Shown here: one piece after another, positions 16,535 through 23,932 of the stretch
How the letters are laid out: each line of letters begins with the position of its first letter
Numbering within the stretch: the first letter of the stretch is position 1
From: an uncultured Deinococcales bacterium
GTDB lineage: Bacteria; Deinococcota; Deinococci; Deinococcales; JAAFIG01
Direction: 5' to 3'
Length of the DNA stretch: 23,932 nt
NCBI GenBank assembly: GCA_964244895.1
Contig: CAXTKV010000062.1
Span: 1-23,932, forward strand
Notes under the pieces: generated by a model
Seen by the model: only the letters and a program-made list of their open reading frames with translations
The model's database searches: none
Told to the model about the DNA's origin: nothing
Position numbers and translations under genes: made by a program

Positions 16535-17833
16535 ATGATTCTCGTCGATACGGCACTCAAGGCGCGATTTGACGCCAACAACCCCGTGCGCGTCGGACTG
16601 ATCGGCGCAGGCTTCATGGTTCAGGGCTTGACCAACTCGATCGTCAATTCCACGCCCGGCATGAAGGTCGTGGCGATCAGCAACCGCAGCGTGGAACGCG
16701 CCAGCAAGGTCTGGACGTACTCCGGGCTGGAATCGGTGGTGGCCAACACGGAAAGCAGCTTCGAGGTCGCCGCCAGCGCGGGCACACCGATCGCCACCGA
16801 GGACCCGATGCTGATCTGCCGGAGCCCGCACGTGGACGTGATCGTGGAAGCCACCGGCGCCGTGGAATTCGGTCTGCACGTCACCCTGGAAGCCATGAAG
16901 CACGGCAAGCACGTCGTGCTAATGAACGCCGAACTGGACGCGACGCTGGGGCCAATTCTTCAGGTCTACGCCAAGCAGTACGGCGTGGTGCTGTCCGCCT
17001 GCGACGGCGACGAACCGGGCGTGCAGATGAACCTCTACCGTTGGGTCAAGGGATTGGGCCTGATCCCGCGCGTGATGGGCAACATCAAGGGCTTGCAGGA
17101 CCCGTACCGCAACCCAACCACCCAGAAGGGCTTCGCTGAAAAATGGGGTCAGAACCCGGCGATGGTCACGTCATTCGCGGACGGCTCAAAGATTTCTTTC
17201 GAGCAAACCATCGTGGCCAACGCGACGGGCTTCAAGGTGCAGCAGCGCGGCATGTCGCGGGGACTCGAATACCGCGACGACGTGATGAAGATCGGATCGC
17301 TGTACGACATCGATTACTTGCGCGAGGTCGGCGGCGTGATCGATTACGTCGTCGGTACGCCGCTGACCAAGGTCTACTGTCTGGCTGAACACCCCGATCC
17401 CAAACAGCAGCATTACCTGAACCTCTATAAGATGGGCGAGGGGCCGCTGTACAGCTTTTTCGTGCCGTATCACCTGGTTCACTTCGAGGTTCCATCCAGC
17501 ATCGCTCGGGTGGTGCTGTTCAAGGATTCGCTGGCTCAGCCCCTGGCCGGGCCGGTCGTGGAAGTTTGCGCCGTCGCCAAACGCGACCTGAGCGCAGGAG
17601 AGGTGCTGGACGATTACGGCGAGTACATGACCTACGGCGAGGCCGCCAACACCAGCGAAATGCGCGAGATGAAATACCTGCCGGAAGGTCTGGTGCAGGG
17701 CTGCACGCTGCTGCGCGACATCAAGCAGGATGCGGTCATCACCTACGACGACGTGAAGCTGCCCGAAGGCCGTCTGGCCGACAAGATGCGCACCGAGCAG
17801 TACGCGCACTTCTTCGGCTCGAGCCCGATCTGA
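16535..17833 (+). CDS. NAD(P)-dependent oxidoreductase with C-terminal SAF domain (homoserine dehydrogenase-like family)
   Basis: Rossmann VGLIGAGFM, EATG, MNAELD...GP.L, GD.PG, SF.DGSK, PYHL, AKRDL..GE.LD. CAGAAT 7 nt before ATG 16535 suggests a leaderless start (alternative 16526). Confidence 0.88.
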   Translation: MILVDTALKARFDANNPVRVGLIGAGFMVQGLTNSIVNSTPGMKVVAISNRSVERASKVWTYSGLESVVANTESSFEVAASAGTPIATEDPMLICRSPHVDVIVEATGAVEFGLHVTLEAMKHGKHVVLMNAELDATLGPILQVYAKQYGVVLSACDGDEPGVQMNLYRWVKGLGLIPRVMGNIKGLQDPYRNPTTQKGFAEKWGQNPAMVTSFADGSKISFEQTIVANATGFKVQQRGMSRGLEYRDDVMKIGSLYDIDYLREVGGVIDYVVGTPLTKVYCLAEHPDPKQQHYLNLYKMGEGPLYSFFVPYHLVHFEVPSSIARVVLFKDSLAQPLAGPVVEVCAVAKRDLSAGEVLDDYGEYMTYGEAANTSEMREMKYLPEGLVQGCTLLRDIKQDAVITYDDVKLPEGRLADKMRTEQYAHFFGSSPI

Positions 17834-17850
17834 ACTGAACGTCTCGTAAC

Positions 17851-17907
17851 CTCGAGAACACCATCCAGGACGGTGTTCTTTTTAATGCGTCCCAGACGGT
17901 GCTCCCG
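17851..17907. repeat. Palindromic repeat pair (near-consensus copy)
   Basis: CTCGAGAACACCATCCAGGACGGTGTTCTT (centre 17867) and TGCGTcccagACGGTgctc (centre 17893). Confidence 0.9.
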
Positions 17908-18139
17908 TTTTCGTCCTCCCCTGCCCTCGTCAGGGAGGTGGATCGAGCCATCCCGGTTTTGGTGGCCTCGAGACGCAGGGGTCGCCGTACACGAAAAAGG
18001 CACGAAAATCGTGTTTTCTCGAGCATCAGCGCGAATGAGTCGGGTCTCATTCATGGGGGGATAATCTCGGGCTGTGATACTGTTCACACGGCGCTGAAAA
18101 GCGCGCGAGGAGGTCAGGCCGCAAACATCACAAAAGGGA

Positions 18140-18376
18140 AGCGCAAGGCCCACGGCACGATTCAGAGCGTGGGAGACGAGGCGGAGGTCCCTTCGGGGAT
18201 AAGCGGTTGATCTTCCTGGAAAAATCCTGGCGAAGCCAGGTTCGATCCAGCAGACGCCGCCAAAAGCGATCCATCTGCGGATGCCTCCAGGGTGCGAACT
18301 CACCCTCCCAAACCGAAATTCGGTCAGTGCGACGCGAAAACCCACCGCGAGGTGGTCACAGGCGGAACACGAGTTC
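18140..18376 (+). ncRNA. glmS ribozyme (GlcN6P-activated) with core insertion
   Basis: AGCGC cleavage motif (18140), P1 CCCACG/CGTGGG, GACGAGG, P2 GGAGG/CCTCC, GCGGATG, P3 AGGGTG/CACCCT, AAAAC-CCACC-GCGA-GGTGG, pseudoknot GAACTC(18296)/GAGTTC(18371); lies upstream of glmS. Confidence 0.9.
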
Positions 18377-18435
18377 AGCGCGGGCGAACGGCATCGCCGA
18401 TCATTCACAACGAAGTTTCACGCGCTCGAATCGAA

Positions 18436-18516
18436 GGATTCGGGCGGTGTTTCCGGGTGGTTCAAGAACCTCTCCCCTGATGGTTTTCTCGAGCTTCGAG
18501 CGAGCCGTTCAGGATT
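18436..18516. repeat. Degenerate palindromic repeat copies in the glmS leader
   Basis: Weak copies centred ~18441, 18477 (ATGGTtttctcgag) and 18511. Confidence 0.45.
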
Positions 18517-18566
18517 CGAATACCTGTCGCTCGGAATCAAATCGCGCGACTGGAACGGAGTTCTTC

Positions 18567-20402
18567 ATGTGCGGAATCGTGGGTTACGTGGGGTATCGCA
18601 ACGCGACGGAAGTGCTGATCACGGGTCTGAGCAAACTCGAGTATCGCGGCTATGACAGCGCGGGCGTGGCCGTCAATACGGGGCACGGGCTGGAAGTCCG
18701 CAAGGCGGCGGGCAAGCTGGCCGTGCTGGAGAACGAACTCAAGGGCCACGCCCTGATGGGCAGTCTGGGCATCGGGCACACGCGCTGGGCCACACACGGT
18801 CGTCCGACCGACGAGAACGCGCACCCGCACGCCACCGAGGACGGCAAGATCGTCATCATCCACAACGGCATCATCGAGAATTACATCAACCTCAAAGATG
18901 GATTGATGGCCAGGGGTCACGCCTTCAAATCTGAGACCGATAGTGAGGTGCTGGCCCACCTGATCGAAGAAAAGTACGAGTCGCTTGCAGGCGATGATCG
19001 GCTCGAGAAAGCGGTTCAGGCCGCGCTGGGCGATGTTCGCGGCGCGTACGCGATCGTGGTCACGCACGCGGATCACCGCGAGATCGTCGCAGCGCGCACC
19101 GTCAGTCCGCTCGTGATGGGCGTCGGCGAGGGCGAGATGTTCCTGGGTTCGGACGTGCCCGCGCTGTTGCCGTACACGCGCCGGATGGTCTTCCTGCACG
19201 ACGGCGACATGATCGTGATGCACGACGACGGCTTCAAAATCACCGACCTCTCGGGCGCGCCCGTCCAACGCGAGATCACGACAATTGAATGGGATGCTGA
19301 AGCCGCAGAAAAAGGTGGCTTTGAAACCTACATGCTCAAAGAAATCTTCGAGCAGCCCCAGAGCCTGACCAACACGCTCTTCGGGCGTCTGCACGACGAA
19401 ACCGGCGAGGTCAACCTGGACATCAACCTCGACCCGACCAGTTTTGAAAGGATCACGATCATCGCCTGCGGCACGGCGTCCTACGCCGGGTTGGTCGGGG
19501 AATACTTGATCGAGCAGCTCGCGCGCGTGCCCGTCGAGGTGGACGTGGCCTCCGAATACCGTTACCGCCAGCCGATCGTGAATGAAAAAACGCTCGCCAT
19601 CGTGATTTCTCAGTCCGGCGAGACGATCGACACCCTGGAAGCGCTGCGCGAAGCCAAGAAGTTCGGTGCGCGCACGCTCGGCGTGATCAACGCCAAGGGT
19701 TCGTCCATGACCCGAGAAGTGGACGATGTCTTGTACATTCACGCCGGGCCAGAAATCGGCGTGGCCAGCACCAAGGCCTACACCGCCCAGGTCAGCGCCA
19801 TGCTGCTCTTGGCCCTGTGGTTGGGACGCGCCAGGGGCACGCTGGACGCCGTCAAGGGCGCAGAGTTGCTGCACGCCGCCCGCGAGTTACCGCGACTGGT
19901 CGAGGAAGCCCTGGCACCTTCACGTCTCGAGAACATCAAGCGCATCGCCGAAAAGTACAAGGACGCCCGCGATTACTTGTTCCTGGGGCGCGGCGTCAAC
20001 GCACCGACGGCCTTCGAGGGCGCGCTGAAATTGAAGGAAATCAGCTACATTCACGCCGAGGCTTACGCGGCGGGCGAGATGAAGCACGGACCCATCGCGC
20101 TGATCGACGACAACATGCCCGTGCTGGCGATTGCAACCGAATCGTTCTTGCTCGAGAAGACGATCAGCAACATCCAGGAAGTCAAGGCCCGCGCGGGCAA
20201 GGTCATCGCGCTCGTCAGCGATGGTGATACGGACGCCAGCCGCCACGCGGATGACGTGATCTTCGTGCCGCGCGCTCACGAGATGGTCAGCCCGATCGTC
20301 AACGTGGTCGCGCTGCAATTGCTGGCGTACTACACGGCGACCCTGCTGGGTTGCGACGTGGATAAGCCGCGCAACCTGGCGAAATCCGTGACGGTGGAAT
20401 GA
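18567..20402 (+). CDS. glmS: Glutamine--fructose-6-phosphate aminotransferase (isomerizing)
   Basis: MCGIVG, LEYRGYDSAG, GHTRWATHG, HNGIIEN, SQSGET.DT, VASTKAYT, EGALKLKEISY, C-terminal PRNLAKSVTVE; GGAG RBS. Confidence 0.99.
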   Translation: MCGIVGYVGYRNATEVLITGLSKLEYRGYDSAGVAVNTGHGLEVRKAAGKLAVLENELKGHALMGSLGIGHTRWATHGRPTDENAHPHATEDGKIVIIHNGIIENYINLKDGLMARGHAFKSETDSEVLAHLIEEKYESLAGDDRLEKAVQAALGDVRGAYAIVVTHADHREIVAARTVSPLVMGVGEGEMFLGSDVPALLPYTRRMVFLHDGDMIVMHDDGFKITDLSGAPVQREITTIEWDAEAAEKGGFETYMLKEIFEQPQSLTNTLFGRLHDETGEVNLDINLDPTSFERITIIACGTASYAGLVGEYLIEQLARVPVEVDVASEYRYRQPIVNEKTLAIVISQSGETIDTLEALREAKKFGARTLGVINAKGSSMTREVDDVLYIHAGPEIGVASTKAYTAQVSAMLLLALWLGRARGTLDAVKGAELLHAARELPRLVEEALAPSRLENIKRIAEKYKDARDYLFLGRGVNAPTAFEGALKLKEISYIHAEAYAAGEMKHGPIALIDDNMPVLAIATESFLLEKTISNIQEVKARAGKVIALVSDGDTDASRHADDVIFVPRAHEMVSPIVNVVALQLLAYYTATLLGCDVDKPRNLAKSVTVE

Positions 20403-20427
20403 GAAGCTCGAACCCAAGAGCACCGAC

Positions 20428-20505
20428 TGTGATGAAACAATAAAGTTGTGAACTCGACAAACCCTCAGGATGAACTTAGCGATTTATTCTTGACCAAAGT
20501 CGCTT
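20428..20505 (+). mobile_element. Tn7-like transposon end at the attTn7 position
   Basis: TGTGATGAAACAATAAAGTTGTGAACT starts exactly 25 bp after the glmS stop. Terminal TGT plus ACAATAAAGT resembles the Tn7 end/TnsB site. Confidence 0.75.
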
Positions 20506-20644
20506 AAAGGAATCGTTTGGTGAGGTTGATCATTCGGACGTTGATCAACGCGGGAATGAAGTCGAGTCTTCGTGGGTCGAGATCAGGTTTTCAGGGCGTG
20601 CTTTAGGGGTTTATCCTGCACGTGGCTCCCTTTCCTGCGAGGGA

Positions 20645-20840
20645 ATGGGTAGCCACTATTCTTATATTTTTGCGTGGTGGACGCAAAGATCAGACTTCTG
20701 TCCAGTAGTCAGCCAACGATGTTCCTGGCCTGGTCGCGGGTGCGGCTTCGCTCGAGGAACTGGCAGTGAAGCTCAAGCTGATGATCCCGGAATTGCTCGG
20801 GGCGAATGGCGTGAACGTTCCCGCAGGAACCCCGATACGA
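20645..20840 (+). pseudogene. DUF1902/HicB-like antitoxin remnant
   Basis: From 20712 reads ANDVPGLVAGAASLEELAVKLKLMIPELLGANG. In-frame TAG at 20706; the likely N-terminus is in other frames. Confidence 0.65.
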
Positions 20841-20844
20841 ACGT

Positions 20845-21035
20845 TTCGATGTTACCGACCATATTGCCAAGGAAGCGGCGATCCTCACACGCTCCAAGCC
20901 TTCACGGGTGCGAACGGGGTTCACTTGGCAACAGCAGCGCTTCTCTCAAGGGAGAGAAAAGCCGTGCGGTTCCTGACATTCGATAAGGCGCTTCATAAAG
21001 CCACGAAGGGGATTGTGAAACTGTGGATGCCCTGA
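20845..21035 (+). pseudogene. C-terminal remnant of a PIN-domain (VapC-like) toxin
   Basis: FDVTDHIAKEAAILTRSKP, a frameshift near 20900, then TGANGVHLATAALL...VRFLTFDKAL. N-terminal half missing. Confidence 0.65.
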
Positions 21036-21124
21036 CCGCTGCCAAAACTCGAGGAACGCTGAAAGAAGCAGGTTTGCCGAAACAGTTCTGAGAATCGGTT
21101 CGAATCCGACCCCGGTTTCAAGAG

Positions 21125-21156
21125 ATAACCTCGTCAGTGACGGGGTTATTCGTTTT
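21125..21156 (+). terminator. Possible intrinsic terminator or hairpin
   Basis: ATAACCTCGTCA-G-TGACGGGGTTAT followed by TCGTTTT. Confidence 0.35.
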
Positions 21157-21254
21157 CGGATGACTTCACGCTCTGAACGGCGTTTAAGGGTCAGCTTTTC
21201 ATCCTGCGCCAACGCGAGATTTGCTGGAACTTGTCCATCTGAAAGCTGCCCGTC

Positions 21255-21312
21255 TTGACACGATTGAAATGCCGGTGCTATCTTCAACTCAAGAACATAA
21301 TTTAGTGAATTA
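21255..21312 (+). promoter_or_regulatory. Sigma70 promoter and probable ROK operator
   Basis: TTGACA(21255)-18 bp-TATCTT(21279) with TGn extension; AT-rich inverted repeat TAATT-N5-AATTA at 21298-21312. Confidence 0.65.
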
Positions 21313-21333
21313 AGAAACTTCCTGGAGGTCGTC

Positions 21334-22509
21334 TTGCGTACCCTCAAGGGCGATCAGAGCACGGTTCGCGCCATGAACCGCCGCCTGATTCTCAATCACA
21401 TCCGTCAGACCGGGCCGGTGAGCCGTGCGCGGCTCGCAGAGATCACCGGGTTGAGCCCAGCCGCCGTGACGGCTGTGACGGCTGAACTGATCGCCGACCA
21501 GTTCTTGCTCGAGCGCTCCGTTGGGGAATCGAGCGGGGGACGCCCACCGATTCTCCTCGATCTGGACTTCAACGCGCACTACGCCGTCGGTCTGAAACTG
21601 ATGGAATCCAGGCTGATCGGCGTGCTGACGGATCTGTCCACGCAGGTCATCGACCAGACGAGCATCGCGCTCGAGCGCCACGAACCCGAGCGCGTCGCGG
21701 ACAGCGCCGCTGCCATCACTGGTGAACTGCTCGGGCGGGCCAGAGCGGGCCGCGAGCGTCTGATCGGCGTCGGTCTGGGAATGGCTGGGGTGATTGACGC
21801 CGCCAACGGCATCTGCCGATCCTCCCCGTACCTGGGCTGGCGGGGCGTGCCCATCGCCGATCTGATCCGCCAACGGATCGGGGCGACGGTCTGGATCGAC
21901 AACGATGTCAACGCGTTCGCCGCCGCCGAACGGCTCTTCGGGCACGGCAAGCGGGCGCAGAACTTCGTGGTGGTCACGGTCGGGCGCGGCATCGGCGCGG
22001 GCCTGGTGCTGGGCGGCGAACTCTACCGGGGCCGCGATGGTGGCGCGGGCGAGTTCGGCCACACCCTCAGCGAACCCGGCGGGCGGCGCTGCGAGTGCGG
22101 CAACCACGGGTGTCTCGAGGCGTACGCTTCCGAACCGGCGCTGGTCAAGCGTTACAACGAACGCGTCCCGAAAAAGGCCGCCGTGGGCGACATCGGCGGA
22201 TTTCTCGATCGGTTGGCCGACGGCGATGCCGCGACCCAGGAGCTGCTCGAGGATGCTGGGAACCGCGTCGGACGCAACCTGGCGAACCTGGTGAACCTCT
22301 TGAACCCCGAAGTGATCGTCATCGGCGGCGAAGGCGTTCGGCTCGGTGAAATTTTTTTTGCGCCGATGCGCGAGGCGATGCGCGCGCACGCCTTCAACGG
22401 ACTGGCGCGCGATCTACCCGTGTTCATCGACGCCTGGGGTGACGACGCCTGGGCTCGGGGTGCGGCCAGCCTGGCCGTGCAGCGCGCCTTCGATCTCGGG
22501 TCATTCTGA
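21334..22509 (+). CDS. ROK-family transcriptional regulator (NagC/XylR-like)
   Basis: HTH SRA.LA..TGLS.A.V, GGRPP, DNDVNA, GIGAG, GEFGH, CECGNHGCLE; GGAGG before TTG. Confidence 0.95.
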   Translation: MRTLKGDQSTVRAMNRRLILNHIRQTGPVSRARLAEITGLSPAAVTAVTAELIADQFLLERSVGESSGGRPPILLDLDFNAHYAVGLKLMESRLIGVLTDLSTQVIDQTSIALERHEPERVADSAAAITGELLGRARAGRERLIGVGLGMAGVIDAANGICRSSPYLGWRGVPIADLIRQRIGATVWIDNDVNAFAAAERLFGHGKRAQNFVVVTVGRGIGAGLVLGGELYRGRDGGAGEFGHTLSEPGGRRCECGNHGCLEAYASEPALVKRYNERVPKKAAVGDIGGFLDRLADGDAATQELLEDAGNRVGRNLANLVNLLNPEVIVIGGEGVRLGEIFFAPMREAMRAHAFNGLARDLPVFIDAWGDDAWARGAASLAVQRAFDLGSF

Positions 22510-22519
22510 GGAGGGAAGC

Positions 22520-23392
22520 GTGTACGAGCACGGCTGGAAGCGGATCGGAACCCTGGCGCTCTTCCTCGGACCGAGCCTGGTCGGCGTCGGCGTGTTCTTG
22601 CTCGGGCCGATCGTGGCGTCCTTCGGGCTGGCCTTCGCGCACTGGGATCTGCTGACTCCACCGCGCTTCGCGGCCCTCGAGAACTTCTCGGCGCTCTTCC
22701 AGGATCCCGAATTCTGGGCTGCGCTCGGGCACACGCTGGCCTTCATCGCCGGCTACGTGCCGCTGGTGATGGTCTTCGGCCTGCTGGTCGCGGTCGCGCT
22801 GAACGGGCGCATTCCTGGGCGCGGGTTCTTTCGGGTGGTGTACTTCCTGCCGGTCGTGACCTCGTGGGTGGCGGTGGCGCTCGTCTGGAAATGGCTGTTG
22901 AACCCGAGCTACGGCCTGCTCAACAATGCCCTGTCCGGCGTCGGCATCAGTGGCCCGGCGTGGTTGTTCGACCCGTCCTGGGCGATGCCCGCCGTGATCC
23001 TCACCAGCCTCTGGAAGGACGTGGGTTTCGTCATGACGATCCTGCTGGCGGGTTTGCAGGGCATCCCGCAGGAGTACCTCGAGGCGGCCAGCATCGACGG
23101 CGCGAACGGCAGCCAGAGGTTGTGGCGGATCACGCTGCCGCTCTTGGCACCGGCGCTCTTCTTCGCGCTGACCATCAGCCTGATCAACTCCTTTCAGGTC
23201 TTCGATCAGGTCTACGTCATGACCGCTGGCGGCCCGGCGGGGGCGACGACAGTGCTGATCGAACGGATCGTCAAGAATGCCTTCAGCTATTCCAGGATGG
23301 GCTACGCCGCCGCGATGTCGTGGGCGCTGTTCGGGCTGGTGTTCGTCTCCTCGTTCCTGATCTCGAGGGCGCGCGCCCGGTGGTCGGCGTGA
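22520..23392 (+). CDS. Carbohydrate ABC transporter permease (CUT1, MalF-like)
   Basis: FLPVV, LAGLQGIP.EYLEAASIDGA, ITLPLL, FDQVYVMT.GGP; GAGGAGG before GTG 22520. Confidence 0.93.
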   Translation: MYEHGWKRIGTLALFLGPSLVGVGVFLLGPIVASFGLAFAHWDLLTPPRFAALENFSALFQDPEFWAALGHTLAFIAGYVPLVMVFGLLVAVALNGRIPGRGFFRVVYFLPVVTSWVAVALVWKWLLNPSYGLLNNALSGVGISGPAWLFDPSWAMPAVILTSLWKDVGFVMTILLAGLQGIPQEYLEAASIDGANGSQRLWRITLPLLAPALFFALTISLINSFQVFDQVYVMTAGGPAGATTVLIERIVKNAFSYSRMGYAAAMSWALFGLVFVSSFLISRARARWSA

Positions 23393-23932
23393 GCAACCCC
23401 GTGCGCGCCGCCAGTTCGCCTCGGGATACCGCCCGATCCGGCGGGAGGCTCGAATGGCGCGGGGCGCTCGGCCTGGTTCTGGTCGCGCTCGGCGCGGTCG
23501 CGATGGTGCTGCCGTTCCTGTGGATGCTCTCGACCTCGCTCAAACCCTCCGGGGCGGTGCTGACGCTGCCGCCGCAACTCGTGCCGAACCCGCCGACGCT
23601 TGAAGCCTACGCGCAGGTCGCCAGCACCTTCCCGATGCTGCGCGTGCTGTTCAACTCGCTGGTGGTCGCCAGCCTGACCACGCTCGGGCAGTTGGTGGTC
23701 TGTTCGATGTCCGGTTACGCTTTCGCGCGTTTCCGCTTCGCGGGCCGCGAGACGCTGTTCCTGGCGTACCTGGCGACGCTGATGGTGCCGTTCGCCGTGA
23801 CCATGACGCCACTTTTTATCATCGTCAAGGAACTCGGCTGGACGAACTCGTATCTGGGCCTGGTCGTGCCGGGCGTGTTCAGCGCCTTCGGGACTTTTTT
23901 GATGCGCCAGTTTTTCATGTCCTTGCCCGTTG
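23389..23932 (+). CDS. Carbohydrate ABC transporter permease (CUT1, MalG-like), truncated by the window end
   Basis: GTGA overlap with the previous gene; PFLWML.TSLK, NSL, GYAFARFRF.GRE, LATLMVP, FLMRQFF.SLP. Confidence 0.92.
   Translation, partial: MSNPVRAASSPRDTARSGGRLEWRGALGLVLVALGAVAMVLPFLWMLSTSLKPSGAVLTLPPQLVPNPPTLEAYAQVASTFPMLRVLFNSLVVASLTTLGQLVVCSMSGYAFARFRFAGRETLFLAYLATLMVPFAVTMTPLFIIVKELGWTNSYLGLVVPGVFSAFGTFLMRQFFMSLPV

Noticed and set aside
15816..16556. N-terminal extension of DusB (607-aa ORF)
   Set aside because: It runs antisense to the VOC gene and through repeats. Dus homology starts after 15815, where a -10 box precedes the ATG.
16535..17833. True homoserine dehydrogenase (hom)
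   Set aside because: It has a SAF domain rather than ACT and belongs to a look-alike family of unknown substrate.
3292..17907. Palindromic repeats as a CRISPR array
   Set aside because: Copies are dispersed in groups of 2-4, degenerate and nearly abutting, with no spacer-sized unique segments and no cas genes.
18207..18566. 120-aa N-terminal extension of GlmS (731-aa ORF)
   Set aside because: GlmS needs Cys at the mature N-terminus (MCGIVG at 18567, with RBS). The extension is the ribozyme leader.
21036..21330. Second Tn7 end before the ROK gene
   Set aside because: No inverted TnsB-like sites and no ACA-CCGAC junction; the CCGAC at ~21106 is preceded by AAT.

Overview
GC-rich bacterial DNA, most likely Deinococcota (inferred from the glmS ribozyme, several leaderless -10 promoters and the gene set). 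The left ~14.6 kb is a minus-strand phosphonate/C-P lyase cluster. In transcription order it runs: hexapeptide acyltransferase, phnM, (divergent small ORF), secreted metallophosphoesterase, phnCDE, phnGHIJK, YfcE-like metallophosphoesterase, phnL, second phnM. No phnF/N/O/P is seen. To the right are dusB, a VOC protein, a SAF-domain oxidoreductase, a glmS ribozyme plus glmS, a Tn7-like transposon end 25 bp past the glmS stop, toxin-antitoxin debris, and a ROK regulator with sugar ABC permeases. Main surprises: (1) PhnJ has no cysteine at all and so lacks the CX2CX21CX5C Fe-S/radical motif; (2) six promoters share a Pho-box-like architecture, including one for an unknown 67-aa ORF; (3) a 33-bp palindromic repeat sits in pairs in most larger intergenic gaps, with spacings clustered near 25/35/45 bp; (4) CTCGAG is roughly 10-fold over-represented; (5) the glmS ribozyme has a ~77-nt structured insertion in its core. 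All counts and alignments were done by hand.
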